A stretch of DNA of 64,000 nucleotides, from assembly GCA_024280035.1 (NCBI GenBank), contig JAJRQV010000073.1, positions 1,316-65,315 of the forward strand, in the 5' to 3' direction. This stretch comes from Campylobacterales bacterium (GTDB lineage Bacteria > Campylobacterota > Campylobacteria > Campylobacterales > Sulfurimonadaceae). The position numbers were made by a program, and so were the translations under genes. Numbering within the stretch: position 1 is the stretch's first letter; the number at the start of each line of letters is the position of its first letter. Below the pieces are notes generated by a model. It saw nothing but the letters and a program-made list of their open reading frames with translations. It was not told the DNA's origin and did not search any database. Of this stretch, positions 23,239 to 32,945 are shown piece by piece.

Positions 23239-24139
23239 TGAAAAGACTCTTATTAATAAGTTCTTTTCTTCTTCCATTCTCTCTTTATGCAGAACGTTCT
23301 GCATTTGGAGCGGGTGACCTCGATAGCCCTAACCCTTATGGTTTAACAAAAGCCGAAAAAAAATACTTGAAAACAAAAAAACCTTAGCTAATGTTAAAGG
23401 TACTTCACGTAAGAACAAATCACGTGTTGATTCACTTGAAGAGTCTCTTTCTGGTGTTAAAAGTATTGTTGAGGGTATGAGTGAGAGTAGCAGAGAAGAT
23501 AGACAAGAACTACAAACATTAAAATCTGATATGAATGCTATGAAAATTTCTTCAACTGAAATGAATGAAAAACTTGATGGTATTATCATAACTAATGAAG
23601 AAAATATTAATCAACTCAAGCTGGTTATGAGTGAACTAAGTTCGCTCATTGATACTATAAATACGAGTTATGTAAGTAAAGAAGAGTATAATAAACTAGC
23701 TCAAGAGATTAATAGCTTTAAACGTGATGTTGCTAAACAACTTAAAAAAATTGCAGCGGCTGGGAACAGTGTCTGGGATAATAAAAGTTCAGCGAATGTT
23801 GCAAATGAGGCTAAAAAACTTTTTGAAAAGAAAAAATATGCAGATGCGATTGATGCGTATGAACATCTTATTAAAAAGAAGTATAAACCTGCAGCAGCGC
23901 ACTATTATATTGGAGAGAGCTATTTTCAGTTAAATGAATATACTAATGCAGTGGCTTATTTTAAAGAGTCAGCAAAACGCTATTCTAAGGCTAAATACAT
24001 GCCTTTATTAATGCTACATACAGGAATATCTTTACAAAAGACAAATGATGAAGAGGGTGCACAACAGTTTTTTCAAGCAGTTATTGCAAAATACCCAAGC
24101 TCATCAGAAGCAAAAAAAGCAAAAAAATTTCTAAAATAA
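23238..24139 (+). pseudogene. cpoB: Tol-Pal system protein CpoB/YbgF with apparent -1 frameshift in a poly-A tract
   Basis: Signal-peptide ORF (MKRLLLISSFLLPFSLYA...) from ATG 23238 stops at 23385-23387. The coiled-coil plus TPR body (ORF 23477..24139, open from 23333) is in the -1 frame. Switch point is within the A8/A7 tracts 23356-23381. Confidence 0.7.
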
Positions 24140-24217
24140 GGAATTGCTTTTTTTTGACTTTAATACATCAATATATCTTGATGTATTACAGTATAATACT
24201 TTTAATAAAAAGGTTAG

Positions 24218-24478
24218 ATGATGAATAAAAAAGTAAATTTAATGGCAAATGGAGTTAATATCTCTTTTTCTGGAAATGTAAAAAAACAGAACATTGTAAC
24301 TATGGTAGAGAACTGTCAAACAGGTCAGTGTGAATGCATGAGTGATGCGACAAAGAAAAAGATTGAAGGTATGGAAGTTACAGGGAAAGATGGTGAAGTT
24401 TCACTTGCTCTAAGTGGTAATATCTCAAAAGAAGAGATTGAAGTAGCCTTAGCTAAGTCTAAAGTTATAAATTCATAA
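24218..24478 (+). CDS. hypothetical small protein
   Basis: 86 aa, no recognisable family; inserted between cpoB and slyD. Confidence 0.3.
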   Translation: MMNKKVNLMANGVNISFSGNVKKQNIVTMVENCQTGQCECMSDATKKKIEGMEVTGKDGEVSLALSGNISKEEIEVALAKSKVINS

Positions 24479-24553
24479 GACAAGAATAAGACTCTTATGT
24501 TAAAATCACGAAAATTTAAATGCTTAATAATTAAGCACTCATAGGAAATTAAA

Positions 24554-25096
24554 ATGGCAATTGCAGCAAATCAAATTGTATCAATCGAATACGAAGTAAA
24601 AAGTAATGGTGAAGTAGTAGACTCTAATGTAGGTGGAGAACTTCTTACCTTTATGATTGGTAAAGAACAAGTTATTCCCGGTCTTGAAGAAAAAATTACT
24701 GAAATGAGCATGGGCGAGGCGGGTGAGATTACTGTACCTGCAGAAAAAGCTTATGGTGAGTATAATGATGAGGCACTTCAAGAAGTTCCAAAAGAGCAGT
24801 TTGCTGGTATTGAACTGACTGAGGGTATGGCTTTATATGGTCAAAGTGAAGATGGTGGAACCGTTCAGGTTCAAGTAAAAGAGATTAAGGATGAGACGGT
24901 TCTTATTGATTATAATCACCCTCTTGCTGGGCAAACACTTCTTTTTGCAGTAACAATTTCAAATGTTCGTGATGCAACTGCTGATGAATTAATGACAGGT
25001 ATTCCTGCTGAAAATGCACATTCTCATGATGGTGGCGGGTGTTGTTCTTCTGAGGGTGACTCTGCTGGTAGTGGCCACGGTTGTGGATGTAACTAA
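24554..25096 (+). CDS. slyD: FKBP-type peptidyl-prolyl isomerase SlyD with Cys/His-rich metal-binding tail
   Basis: MAIAANQIVSIEYEVK... FKBP/IF domains, C-terminal HDGGGCCSSEGDSAGSGHGCGCN. Confidence 0.9.
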   Translation: MAIAANQIVSIEYEVKSNGEVVDSNVGGELLTFMIGKEQVIPGLEEKITEMSMGEAGEITVPAEKAYGEYNDEALQEVPKEQFAGIELTEGMALYGQSEDGGTVQVQVKEIKDETVLIDYNHPLAGQTLLFAVTISNVRDATADELMTGIPAENAHSHDGGGCCSSEGDSAGSGHGCGCN

Positions 25097-25121
25097 TTTT
25101 ATAGCTACATCGCCTTCATCT

Positions 25122-25844
25122 TTGGAGGCACTAAAAACGGCAAACCTTCTTAAGGGTCTGCCTATTAATGCTTTTATTTTTGGTCTGAGTGGAACAGGTA
25201 AAAAAAGTTTAGCAAAATATATTCTTTCTAATGCTCCTGTTGTTGATGCAACGCAATACAATGATCTTGAAGGTGCGTTAAGTTCAAATAAAACACTTAT
25301 CATTTCTAATTTCGATAAAATACCTAATTTTGATAACTTTAAGATACTTCTTGATAGATATGAAGTGCGTATTATTGCCTTAGCCTCGTCTGTTTTTAAT
25401 GCTGAAGTGATTGAACAGTTTTTTGGTATTAAGGTCTATTTACCACCTTTAAGTGAACGTTTAGAAGATGTTAAAACCTTAACGCAACATTTTTTACAAG
25501 AGGCACGTACACTTTTTAGTGTGGATGAGCATATTAAAATTAATGAGAAGCAGATTGATTTAAGTACCAATGCCCATGCTATTCGTCGTTATGTTTATAT
25601 GCGTGTTCAGCTTCAAGGTATTAATGAAGTAGAGTTGATGGATTTAATGGAAGAGTTCTTAAAAGAGAGATTAGGTGGAAATAGTGATTATAGAAACTAT
25701 CTTTATCTGTATGAAGCTCCTTTGATTAATGCAGGTTTAGCCAAGTTTAAAACACAGTTACAACTTTCTGATAAGTTGGGGCTTAATAGAAATACATTAC
25801 GTAAAAAAATAGCTGAAAATAAGGAATATTTAAAAGATGAGTAA
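25122..25844 (+). CDS. sigma-54-activator-like AAA+ fragment protein with C-terminal Fis-type HTH (no receiver, no GAFTGA)
   Basis: GLSGTGKKSLAKYI (Walker A-like), LPPLSERLEDVKTLTQHFL (typical enhancer-binding-protein segment), C-terminal NRNTLRKKI HTH. Likely TTG start at 25122; the ORF-track start 25014 lies inside slyD. Confidence 0.5.
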   Translation: MEALKTANLLKGLPINAFIFGLSGTGKKSLAKYILSNAPVVDATQYNDLEGALSSNKTLIISNFDKIPNFDNFKILLDRYEVRIIALASSVFNAEVIEQFFGIKVYLPPLSERLEDVKTLTQHFLQEARTLFSVDEHIKINEKQIDLSTNAHAIRRYVYMRVQLQGINEVELMDLMEEFLKERLGGNSDYRNYLYLYEAPLINAGLAKFKTQLQLSDKLGLNRNTLRKKIAENKEYLKDE

Positions 25845-26775
25845 TCAAAAAGTAGCATTTATTTTCCCTGGTCAGGGAAGTCAAACGGTGGGAATGGGTA
25901 AAAGTTTTGTAGAAGGTTCACCAATTGCAAAAGAGATGATGCAAAAGGCTTCTGAAGCAATAGGTCTTAATTTTGAAAAACTTCTGTTTGAAGAGAATGA
26001 AGAGATTAATCAAACTGAAAATACTCAGCCCGCAATTCTTTTAGTATCTTTGATGGCACATGCGGTATTTACTTCTAAGTCAGATATTAAACCAACACTT
26101 CTTTTAGGGCACTCTTTAGGCGAGTTTTCTGCGGTATCTGCTGCAGGTGCTTTAGATCCTATAGAAGCAGTTAAACTGGTAAATGCTCGTGGTAAATTAA
26201 TGCAAGGCGCTTGTGATGAAATTGAAGCATCTATGATGGTTGTACTTGGGCTTAAAGATGAGCAAGTAGAAGAGATTTGTACTCAAGCACAAGCTGAAGG
26301 CAAAAAAGTGTGGCCAGCAAATTATAATCAAGACGGTCAACTGGTTGTTGCCGGTATGAAATCTGACTTGGCTTCTATGGAAGCGGTGTTTAAAGAAGCA
26401 GGTGCGAAAAGAGCAATGCTTCTTAATATGTCTGTAGCCTCACACTGTCGAATCTTAGAGCCTGCTCAAACGCCTCTTAAAGAGAAAATGCAGGCTGTTT
26501 TAACAGACTCTTTTATTGCTCCAATTGTTTCAAATGTAACGACTGAAAAATACGTAACAAAGTCAGAAGCTTTAGAACTTCTAACTGAGCAGTTAACACA
26601 GCCTGTAAAATACAAACAGAGTATTCAAGCCATTGCTAATGACGTAGATATTGCTATTGAGTTTGGAAATGGTAAGGTACTTGCGGGAATGAATAAACGT
26701 ATTAATAAAGAGATGAAAACATATAATGTATTTGATATGGACTCTTTAGAAGCTGTTTTAGCAGAGCTTTCATAA
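25837..26775 (+). CDS. fabD: malonyl CoA-ACP transacylase
   Basis: FPGQGSQ and GHSLGE active-site motifs. Confidence 0.95.
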   Translation: MSNQKVAFIFPGQGSQTVGMGKSFVEGSPIAKEMMQKASEAIGLNFEKLLFEENEEINQTENTQPAILLVSLMAHAVFTSKSDIKPTLLLGHSLGEFSAVSAAGALDPIEAVKLVNARGKLMQGACDEIEASMMVVLGLKDEQVEEICTQAQAEGKKVWPANYNQDGQLVVAGMKSDLASMEAVFKEAGAKRAMLLNMSVASHCRILEPAQTPLKEKMQAVLTDSFIAPIVSNVTTEKYVTKSEALELLTEQLTQPVKYKQSIQAIANDVDIAIEFGNGKVLAGMNKRINKEMKTYNVFDMDSLEAVLAELS

Positions 26776-26777
26776 TT

Positions 26778-27536
26778 ATGAAAGTTGCTTTAGCTCAGGT
26801 TTCACCTAAACTTAACAGAACTAATGTTGAAATGCACTTACAAGAGATTAAATCTTGTAAAGCAGATGTTATTGTTTTTCCTGAGTTATCGCTAAGTGGT
26901 TATCTGCTTCAAGATAAGGTATATGAAGATGCTTTCTGTTTATAAGAACTTGACTCTTTTGTTCAAGCAAGTTATAGAATAGATATTATTTTAGGATGTG
27001 CTTTAAGAGAAGAACATAGAATTTTTAATGCGGGTATCTACTTTTCAAAGGGTGAAATAAAACATATTCACCATAAGGTGCATTTACCTAATTATGGAAT
27101 GTTTGAAGAGGCACGTTATTATTTTAAAGGTGAATCCATAGAGTTTTTTGAACCACTGTATGGAAATACCGCTGTTGTTGTATGCGAAGACTTGTGGAGA
27201 GGTGAAAGTATTGCAGAACTCTCTGCTGCTAAACCTGATATTATTTATGTATTAGCTAACTCACCTGCACGTGATTTTACAGACAAGGGGCTTTTAATTA
27301 AGGATCAATGGTCTTCAATTTTAAAAACAACAGCACTACTGTGTGGCTCGTATGTGGTTTTTGTAAACCGTGTTGGTTTTGAAGATGGACTTGGATTTTG
27401 GGGCTCTTCAATGATAATTACCCCTAGTGGTGAGACTGAAGCCTCTTTGGATGAGTTTAAAAAAGAGACTAAAAGCTTTGAATTAAACAGAAGTTTACAT
27501 TCGGCTCAAAAGCAGATTATCAAAAATGATATATAG
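26778..27536 (+). pseudogene. carbon-nitrogen hydrolase (nitrilase superfamily) with in-frame TAA at 26943-26945
   Basis: N-terminal MKVALAQVSPKL...FPELSLSGY (catalytic Glu region) and the C-terminal part (ORF 27078..27536; VVVCEDLWR) are in one frame. They are separated only by the TAA. Confidence 0.75.
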
Positions 27537-27540
27537 ATGT

Positions 27541-27604
27541 TAGTCCACAGATTAAGCAGATTACACAGATTTTCAATCCATTAAATCTACTTAATCTGTG
27601 GACC
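27541..27604. repeat. palindromic repeat element, copy 1 (arms TAGTCCACAGATTAAG / CTTAATCTGTGGAC)
   Basis: Near-perfect 14-16 bp inverted arms; internal CAGATT/AATCTG reiterations; second copy at 59208-59266. Confidence 0.6.
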
Positions 27605-27785
27605 TTACACTCTTAACAAGGTGATTTGTCAAGCTCTAACTCTCTACAGAATTTAGTGTAGATATTAGAGCTTCTTTAAAGTAACTTTCCTTTTTTGGGA
27701 ATCGTTTTGGCTGGTTTTGCTGTGATGGTGTATGTAAATAATGAAGGGTTTCCTTCATTTTATGAAATAAAATTAAGGAAGAAGT

Positions 27786-28475
27786 ATGAATATAGCTATT
27801 ATGGGTGCTATGCCTGAAGAGATTGCTCCACTTTTAGAAAAGGTTGGTGCTTATAAGACCGAAGAGTTTGCTGGAAATAAGTATTATACAGCGACGTATG
27901 CAGGGCATGATTTAGTTATTGCCTATTCTAAAATTGGAAAAGTATTTTCGACCTTAACAGCGACCACAATGCTACAACATTTTGGAGCAGAGGTACTTCT
28001 GTTTTCTGGTGTTGCTGGTGCTATTAATCCTAATCTTAAAATTGGAAACCTTATTGCCGCGACTAAATTAGCTCAGCATGACTTAGATATTACTGCATTT
28101 GGTCATCCTTATGGTTTTGTTCCGGAGGGAAAGGTTTTTGTTGAGGCAGATGCTAATCTTATTTCTAAGGCTAAAGAAGTGGCTTCACAGATGGGATTAG
28201 AGCTTATGGAAGGTATTATTGCAACAGGCGATCAGTTTGTTGCTGATAAGGCTAGAAATGAGTGGATTGGTAAAACTTTTGGAGCTGACGCCTTAGAGAT
28301 GGAAGGTGCTTCTGTTGCTTGTGTGTGTGATGCGATGAATGTTCCATTTTTTATCTTACGTGCTATTTCAGATGCCGCAGATATGGACGCGAGTTTCTCT
28401 TTTGATGAGTTTTTAGAAAGTTCGGCGATTGAGTCAGCAAACTTTATTATTAAAATGGTAGAAAAACTTGGCTAA
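27786..28475 (+). CDS. mtnN: 5'-methylthioadenosine/S-adenosylhomocysteine nucleosidase
   Basis: MNIAIMGAMPEEIAPLLEKVG... PNP/UDP phosphorylase fold, Pfs family. Confidence 0.9.
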   Translation: MNIAIMGAMPEEIAPLLEKVGAYKTEEFAGNKYYTATYAGHDLVIAYSKIGKVFSTLTATTMLQHFGAEVLLFSGVAGAINPNLKIGNLIAATKLAQHDLDITAFGHPYGFVPEGKVFVEADANLISKAKEVASQMGLELMEGIIATGDQFVADKARNEWIGKTFGADALEMEGASVACVCDAMNVPFFILRAISDAADMDASFSFDEFLESSAIESANFIIKMVEKLG

Positions 28476-29238
28476 GCAGAAGTCTTTGACTCCCTCAAAA
28501 AAAATTATGTCACAACTGGGTAAAACTAATGCGGCATTTGACCTTATCCAAGAGGGTGATAAAATTCTTGTTGGTTTTTCAGGTGGAAAAGACTCTTTAA
28601 CACTTATTCATGCTATGCGAGAACAACAGCGACGTGCCCCTTTTAATTTTGAATTTATTGCTGTTACTGTGGGATACGGTATGGGTGAAAATTTTGATTA
28701 TTTAAGTAATCATTGTGCTGAGTATGGAATAAAACATATTGTTCATGACACTAATATATATGAAACAGCTCAAGATAAAATTAGAAAAAACTCCTCTTTT
28801 TGTTCATTCTTTTCTCGAATGAGACGAGGATCTTTATATTCGGTTGCGCAAGAATTAGGCTGTAATAAACTTGCCCTTGGGCATCATTTAGATGATGCGG
28901 CAGAGAGTTATTTTATGAATATGATTTATAATGGACAGATGCGAGCACTCTCTCCAAAATATAAAGCAGGCAATGGGCTCATAGTTATTCGTCCCTTGAT
29001 TCAGATGCGAGAACGTCAACTCAGTGCCTTTGCACAGGACAATAACTTAGAAGCTATTGGTGATGAAGCCTGTCCTGCTATGCGTATAGATATTAAAGCA
29101 CCGCATGCACGTGCAGCAATGAAAGAGATGTTAGCCGAGATGGAAAAAAAGTATCCAAGTATATTTGTCTCTATAAACTCAGCATTTGGAAATATTTCAG
29201 ATGAAAGTTTTTTTGACTCAAAAAGATTTTCTTTGTAA
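28468..29238 (+). CDS. PP-loop ATPase, TtcA-like tRNA thiolation family
   Basis: SGGKDS PP-loop and C-terminal Cys motifs (CPAMR). Confidence 0.7.
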   Translation: MAKQKSLTPSKKIMSQLGKTNAAFDLIQEGDKILVGFSGGKDSLTLIHAMREQQRRAPFNFEFIAVTVGYGMGENFDYLSNHCAEYGIKHIVHDTNIYETAQDKIRKNSSFCSFFSRMRRGSLYSVAQELGCNKLALGHHLDDAAESYFMNMIYNGQMRALSPKYKAGNGLIVIRPLIQMRERQLSAFAQDNNLEAIGDEACPAMRIDIKAPHARAAMKEMLAEMEKKYPSIFVSINSAFGNISDESFFDSKRFSL

Positions 29239-29326
29239 AATTATTTTTTATATAGAGTTTTCTTTAACTTTCTTTTAGATAAGAAAAGGTATTCTATTTA
29301 CACTAAGAGTTTAGGGGGCTATAAAC

Positions 29327-30721
29327 TTGTTGAAATTTCTAACACAGATACGAAAAGACTCCTTAACATATAATACAGATCTTATTAATCTTTTTTTATC
29401 CGTAAGCTATAAATCAAGTGTTGCTTATGTTGCAGCACTGGTAGTTTTTACCTTTGTTTTTTTTGAGTATATTCCTTCAACAATATTTATGCTTCTTCTG
29501 GGTGTTCACATCTTTTACCAATGTATTCGTATCTACTATCTTCAAATATACAGAAACAAGGTTCTTTCTCAAGAAGATAAACTCATTTTTTTAGAAAAAC
29601 ATACTGTTTTAATGTTTGTTGGAAGTATAGTTTGGGGAATATCTGCTGTTGCTGCGATTCATTATTCTCCTCCTAATTATGAATACATGATGCTTTTTTT
29701 AATTATTAGTATTGCTTCAGGAAGTATTTCAACCTTAAGTGCAGTGTATAGAACCTATGTTTCATTTAATCTTCCTATGATAATTATGCTTGTGGTGGCT
29801 TTTATATTTGATGATGGAGAGTTCCATTATTATATAGCCTTAGTTTTACCTATATTTACCTATGTTCTTATGTCAGCATCTTGGGAGATGCATAAAAGCT
29901 TAAAACGTACAATGGAGTTAAAAGATTTATACAGTGAAGCAAAAGAGGCGTTAAAAGTTATTAACTCCTCTTTAGAAGCACGGGTAAAAGAGGCAGTTGA
30001 GGTAAATCGCCAAAAAGATCAACAGATGTTGGCACAGTCTCGTCTTGCACAGATGGGTGAGATGTTATCTATGATTGCACATCAATGGAAACAACCTCTC
30101 TCCTCAATTACGGCGACAACAGGAGCGATGAGCCTTCATATGCAGTTAGATGAGTGGGATGAAAAGCTTTTAGAAGAAAAAATTGAACATATTAATACCT
30201 ATACGCAGTATCTCTCTTCAACAATTAATGATTTTCGTGATTTTTTCAAACCCGACAAAGATAAAAAAGATACTAACTTAAATACTATTGTTCATGCGTC
30301 TTTACAAATTATTGGTAGCTCTTTAAAAGCTGATGGGGTAAAAGTCTCACGTGATTTAAACTCTGTCAACACAATACACAGTTATCCTAATGAGCTCCAG
30401 CAAGTTCTTTTGAATTTTCTTAAAAATGCTAAAGATGCTTATATCCAAAAAGGTATTCATAATGCTGATATTGAAATTAAAACTTATGATGATGGAGATA
30501 AGGTTATATTAGAAGTATGTGATAGTGCAGGAGGAATAGATGCCAAAGATATGCCACATATTTTTACTCCCTATTATACAACAAAAGAAGACCATGACGG
30601 GACAGGTTTAGGTCTGTATATGTCGAAGTTAATTATAGAAGAACATTGTAATGGAGTTTTAAGTGCTAAAAACCGAGAAAGAGGGGCATGTTTCTCTTTT
30701 ACCCTTTCAAAGAGTTTATAA
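29327..30721 (+). CDS. membrane sensor histidine kinase (orphan)
   Basis: About 6 N-terminal TM helices, HisKA (MIAHQWKQPLSSI), HATPase_c (GTGLGLYMSK). Confidence 0.8.
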   Translation: MLKFLTQIRKDSLTYNTDLINLFLSVSYKSSVAYVAALVVFTFVFFEYIPSTIFMLLLGVHIFYQCIRIYYLQIYRNKVLSQEDKLIFLEKHTVLMFVGSIVWGISAVAAIHYSPPNYEYMMLFLIISIASGSISTLSAVYRTYVSFNLPMIIMLVVAFIFDDGEFHYYIALVLPIFTYVLMSASWEMHKSLKRTMELKDLYSEAKEALKVINSSLEARVKEAVEVNRQKDQQMLAQSRLAQMGEMLSMIAHQWKQPLSSITATTGAMSLHMQLDEWDEKLLEEKIEHINTYTQYLSSTINDFRDFFKPDKDKKDTNLNTIVHASLQIIGSSLKADGVKVSRDLNSVNTIHSYPNELQQVLLNFLKNAKDAYIQKGIHNADIEIKTYDDGDKVILEVCDSAGGIDAKDMPHIFTPYYTTKEDHDGTGLGLYMSKLIIEEHCNGVLSAKNRERGACFSFTLSKSL

Positions 30722-30800
30722 GAGACTATTACTGTGTTAGCTAAGTTTTATCTTTAGGGAGTTTTGGTATAATTCGCAAAATTATTTACATGGGGCAATT

Positions 30801-31139
30801 ATGAATGTATATCCAGATAAAGAGATGTTAGAAAACTCTGAAATGAAAGTTGTTGATATCCGTACTCCTTCTGAGTGGCAACAAACAGGAATCGTACCGG
30901 GTTCTTTTACCATTATGTTTTTTGATCAGATGGGGAATTATGATGCAGAAGCATTTTTAAAAGAGATTGATGCCTTAGGTGGAAAAGATGTTGAAATTGG
31001 TCTATTATGTCGTACTGGTGCACGTACTTCACAGGTAACAAGTTTTTTAGCTCAACAAGGTTATAACGTTAAGAACCTTGCCGGTGGTATTATGAAACTT
31101 ATGGGTGAAGGCTATAACCTAGACAGTTATAAGGCTTAA
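30801..31139 (+). CDS. rhodanese-like sulfurtransferase domain protein
   Basis: VVDIRTPSEW...LLCRTGARTSQV active-site Cys loop. Confidence 0.8.
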   Translation: MNVYPDKEMLENSEMKVVDIRTPSEWQQTGIVPGSFTIMFFDQMGNYDAEAFLKEIDALGGKDVEIGLLCRTGARTSQVTSFLAQQGYNVKNLAGGIMKLMGEGYNLDSYKA

Positions 31140-31164
31140 TTAAAGAAGGAGGTATACCTTCTTT

Positions 31165-31302
31165 TTAGTGAGTTTGAATATAACCTTGTTCTTGGGAACT
31201 TGGTAAGGTGTTATTCTGCTCAACATAAGCTTGAGACTCCTCTTGCGAACATGCAGTAAATAAAATTGCAAATAAACTACTTAAGTAAATCTTACGCATC
31301 AT
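31165..31302 (-). CDS. putative small lipoprotein (45 aa)
   Basis: MMRKIYLSSLFAILFTAC with lipobox FTAC; not in the ORF track (<60 aa). Confidence 0.3.
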   Translation of the reverse strand: MMRKIYLSSLFAILFTACSQEESQAYVEQNNTLPSSQEQGYIQTH

Positions 31303-31735
31303 TTGAATACTCCTTTTTTAACCGATTTAAAAATTCAATCATTCTAATTTGGTAAGTTGAGGTATCTTCATCAACACAACACTCTACAATAGGCATTAAC
31401 AATGAGGTGTCAATTTTAGAAGCATAACGTGGAATCTGACGAACCTCTTTAAGTAAATCTTCAACCAGACCATCTATATTTAAACTATTTTGACTGTGAA
31501 CTTTTTTAACATACTCTTTAGTATTAATAACAAGCATCTTAACACGCTCTTCATCTTTATATATCTGCATTCCTGCTGTAAAGACTAGATTATATTCACA
31601 CTCATTTGGATGTGGATTTGCTGCAATAATAAGGGCAAAAAGTTTGGCTCTAAATTCTAAAGAGTTATGATGATAAACCAAAACTTCTCTGAGACCAGAA
31701 TAGAGGTAATGTTTTAAGTTGAAGAAAATTTTCAT
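31292..31735 (-). CDS. hypothetical protein
   Basis: 147 aa ORF, no family recognised. Confidence 0.4.
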   Translation of the reverse strand: MKIFFNLKHYLYSGLREVLVYHHNSLEFRAKLFALIIAANPHPNECEYNLVFTAGMQIYKDEERVKMLVINTKEYVKKVHSQNSLNIDGLVEDLLKEVRQIPRYASKIDTSLLMPIVECCVDEDTSTYQIRMIEFLNRLKKEYSNDA

Positions 31736-31817
31736 ATGGCAATTATATCACGTTATATAAAATAAATAGGCTTTATATTTAAGAAGTGTTTATATTAAAT
31801 AAGGTTATTTTATAGTT

Positions 31818-32945
31818 ATGAAGTTCTTTTTTTTAAGTTGTTTTATTTTTATTAACCTACTTTATGCCAATGAAGGTGATGTTCCTTGGTATAACCCTTA
31901 CTCTTTTACCCATTAAAATGTTTTGGCTGAACATAATAATTCAAAGCAAAATTATATTGATGCTGTTCAAGATGTTATCAGTGGTAAGGTACATGAATGG
32001 AGTGTAGACGTAGATAATGCTATCTTAGATACCTATACCTTTTTTGGAGATGAAAACAGGAGTAAGCAGGAGATTACACTGCCAAAAGATAAACATGACT
32101 ATAATCTAAGCAAAAAACTGGAGCAAAAACCAAAACGCGAGATCGTAGATGATCTTTTTCTTACAGGAAGAATGTTAGAAGAACGTGATCGATCTTATGT
32201 TCGCGTTAGTTTTGTACAAAGATATAACTCCTTAGAAGATAAATACAGTAGGTTTAATATACGCGCACGTCTTAAACTTGGTCGAAGTCAAGATCGTTTT
32301 AAACTTTTTATTGAAGACTTTAATGATGAAAGTGCTAAAAATATTGGACGAGCTGATGAAGCAAATTCTCCTTCTATTGGAGTTGAAAGAAAATCTAAAA
32401 AAATATTTGGAATTCGACCAAGGTATTCGATAGGATTTAGGGGAATATATCCTTTTGTTCGTGCGCGTTTTAATTATGATACAAGTTTTGGAATATGGAA
32501 TTTTGAGCCTGTTCAGACCTTTAATTACTCAACAAAGTATGAGTTTTCGGAACAAACAGATTTTTATTTAGATACACCTATAAGTGAAAAGACACTCTTA
32601 CGTTTTGTTATAGATAGGGGCACACAATCTCATGTTGATGGTATGCGATATGATGCTTTTGTACAATGGTTTTATTCACCAAGAAAACATAGAGGGCTTA
32701 GTTGTAATTTAGGTTTTAATGGTCAGACACAATACCAAGAACTTGTAGGGAATATAGACTCTTACACACAAGAGAGTACAAACAAGGTTTTTAATTACCT
32801 TTTTTTAATGCGTTGGAGAGAAAACATCTTTAGAAAATGGTTCTTTTATGAGATTGGACCAGGGGTTAATTATCATAGAATACATGATTATAGACCAAAT
32901 TATAATATTTATTTTGGAATAGATCTCTTTTTTGGACATGTTTAA
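31818..32945 (+). pseudogene. secreted hypothetical protein; signal peptide separated from body by in-frame TAA (31914-31916)
   Basis: ATG 31818 MKFFFLSCFIFINLLYANEG... is in the same frame as ORF 31923..32945 (aromatic-rich, ends ...GHV). Confidence 0.45.

Noticed and set aside
25014-25121. ORF-track start of the AAA+/HTH protein inside slyD
   Set aside because: It would overlap the slyD 3' end by 83 nt in another frame; a TTG start at 25122 after the slyD stop is more plausible.
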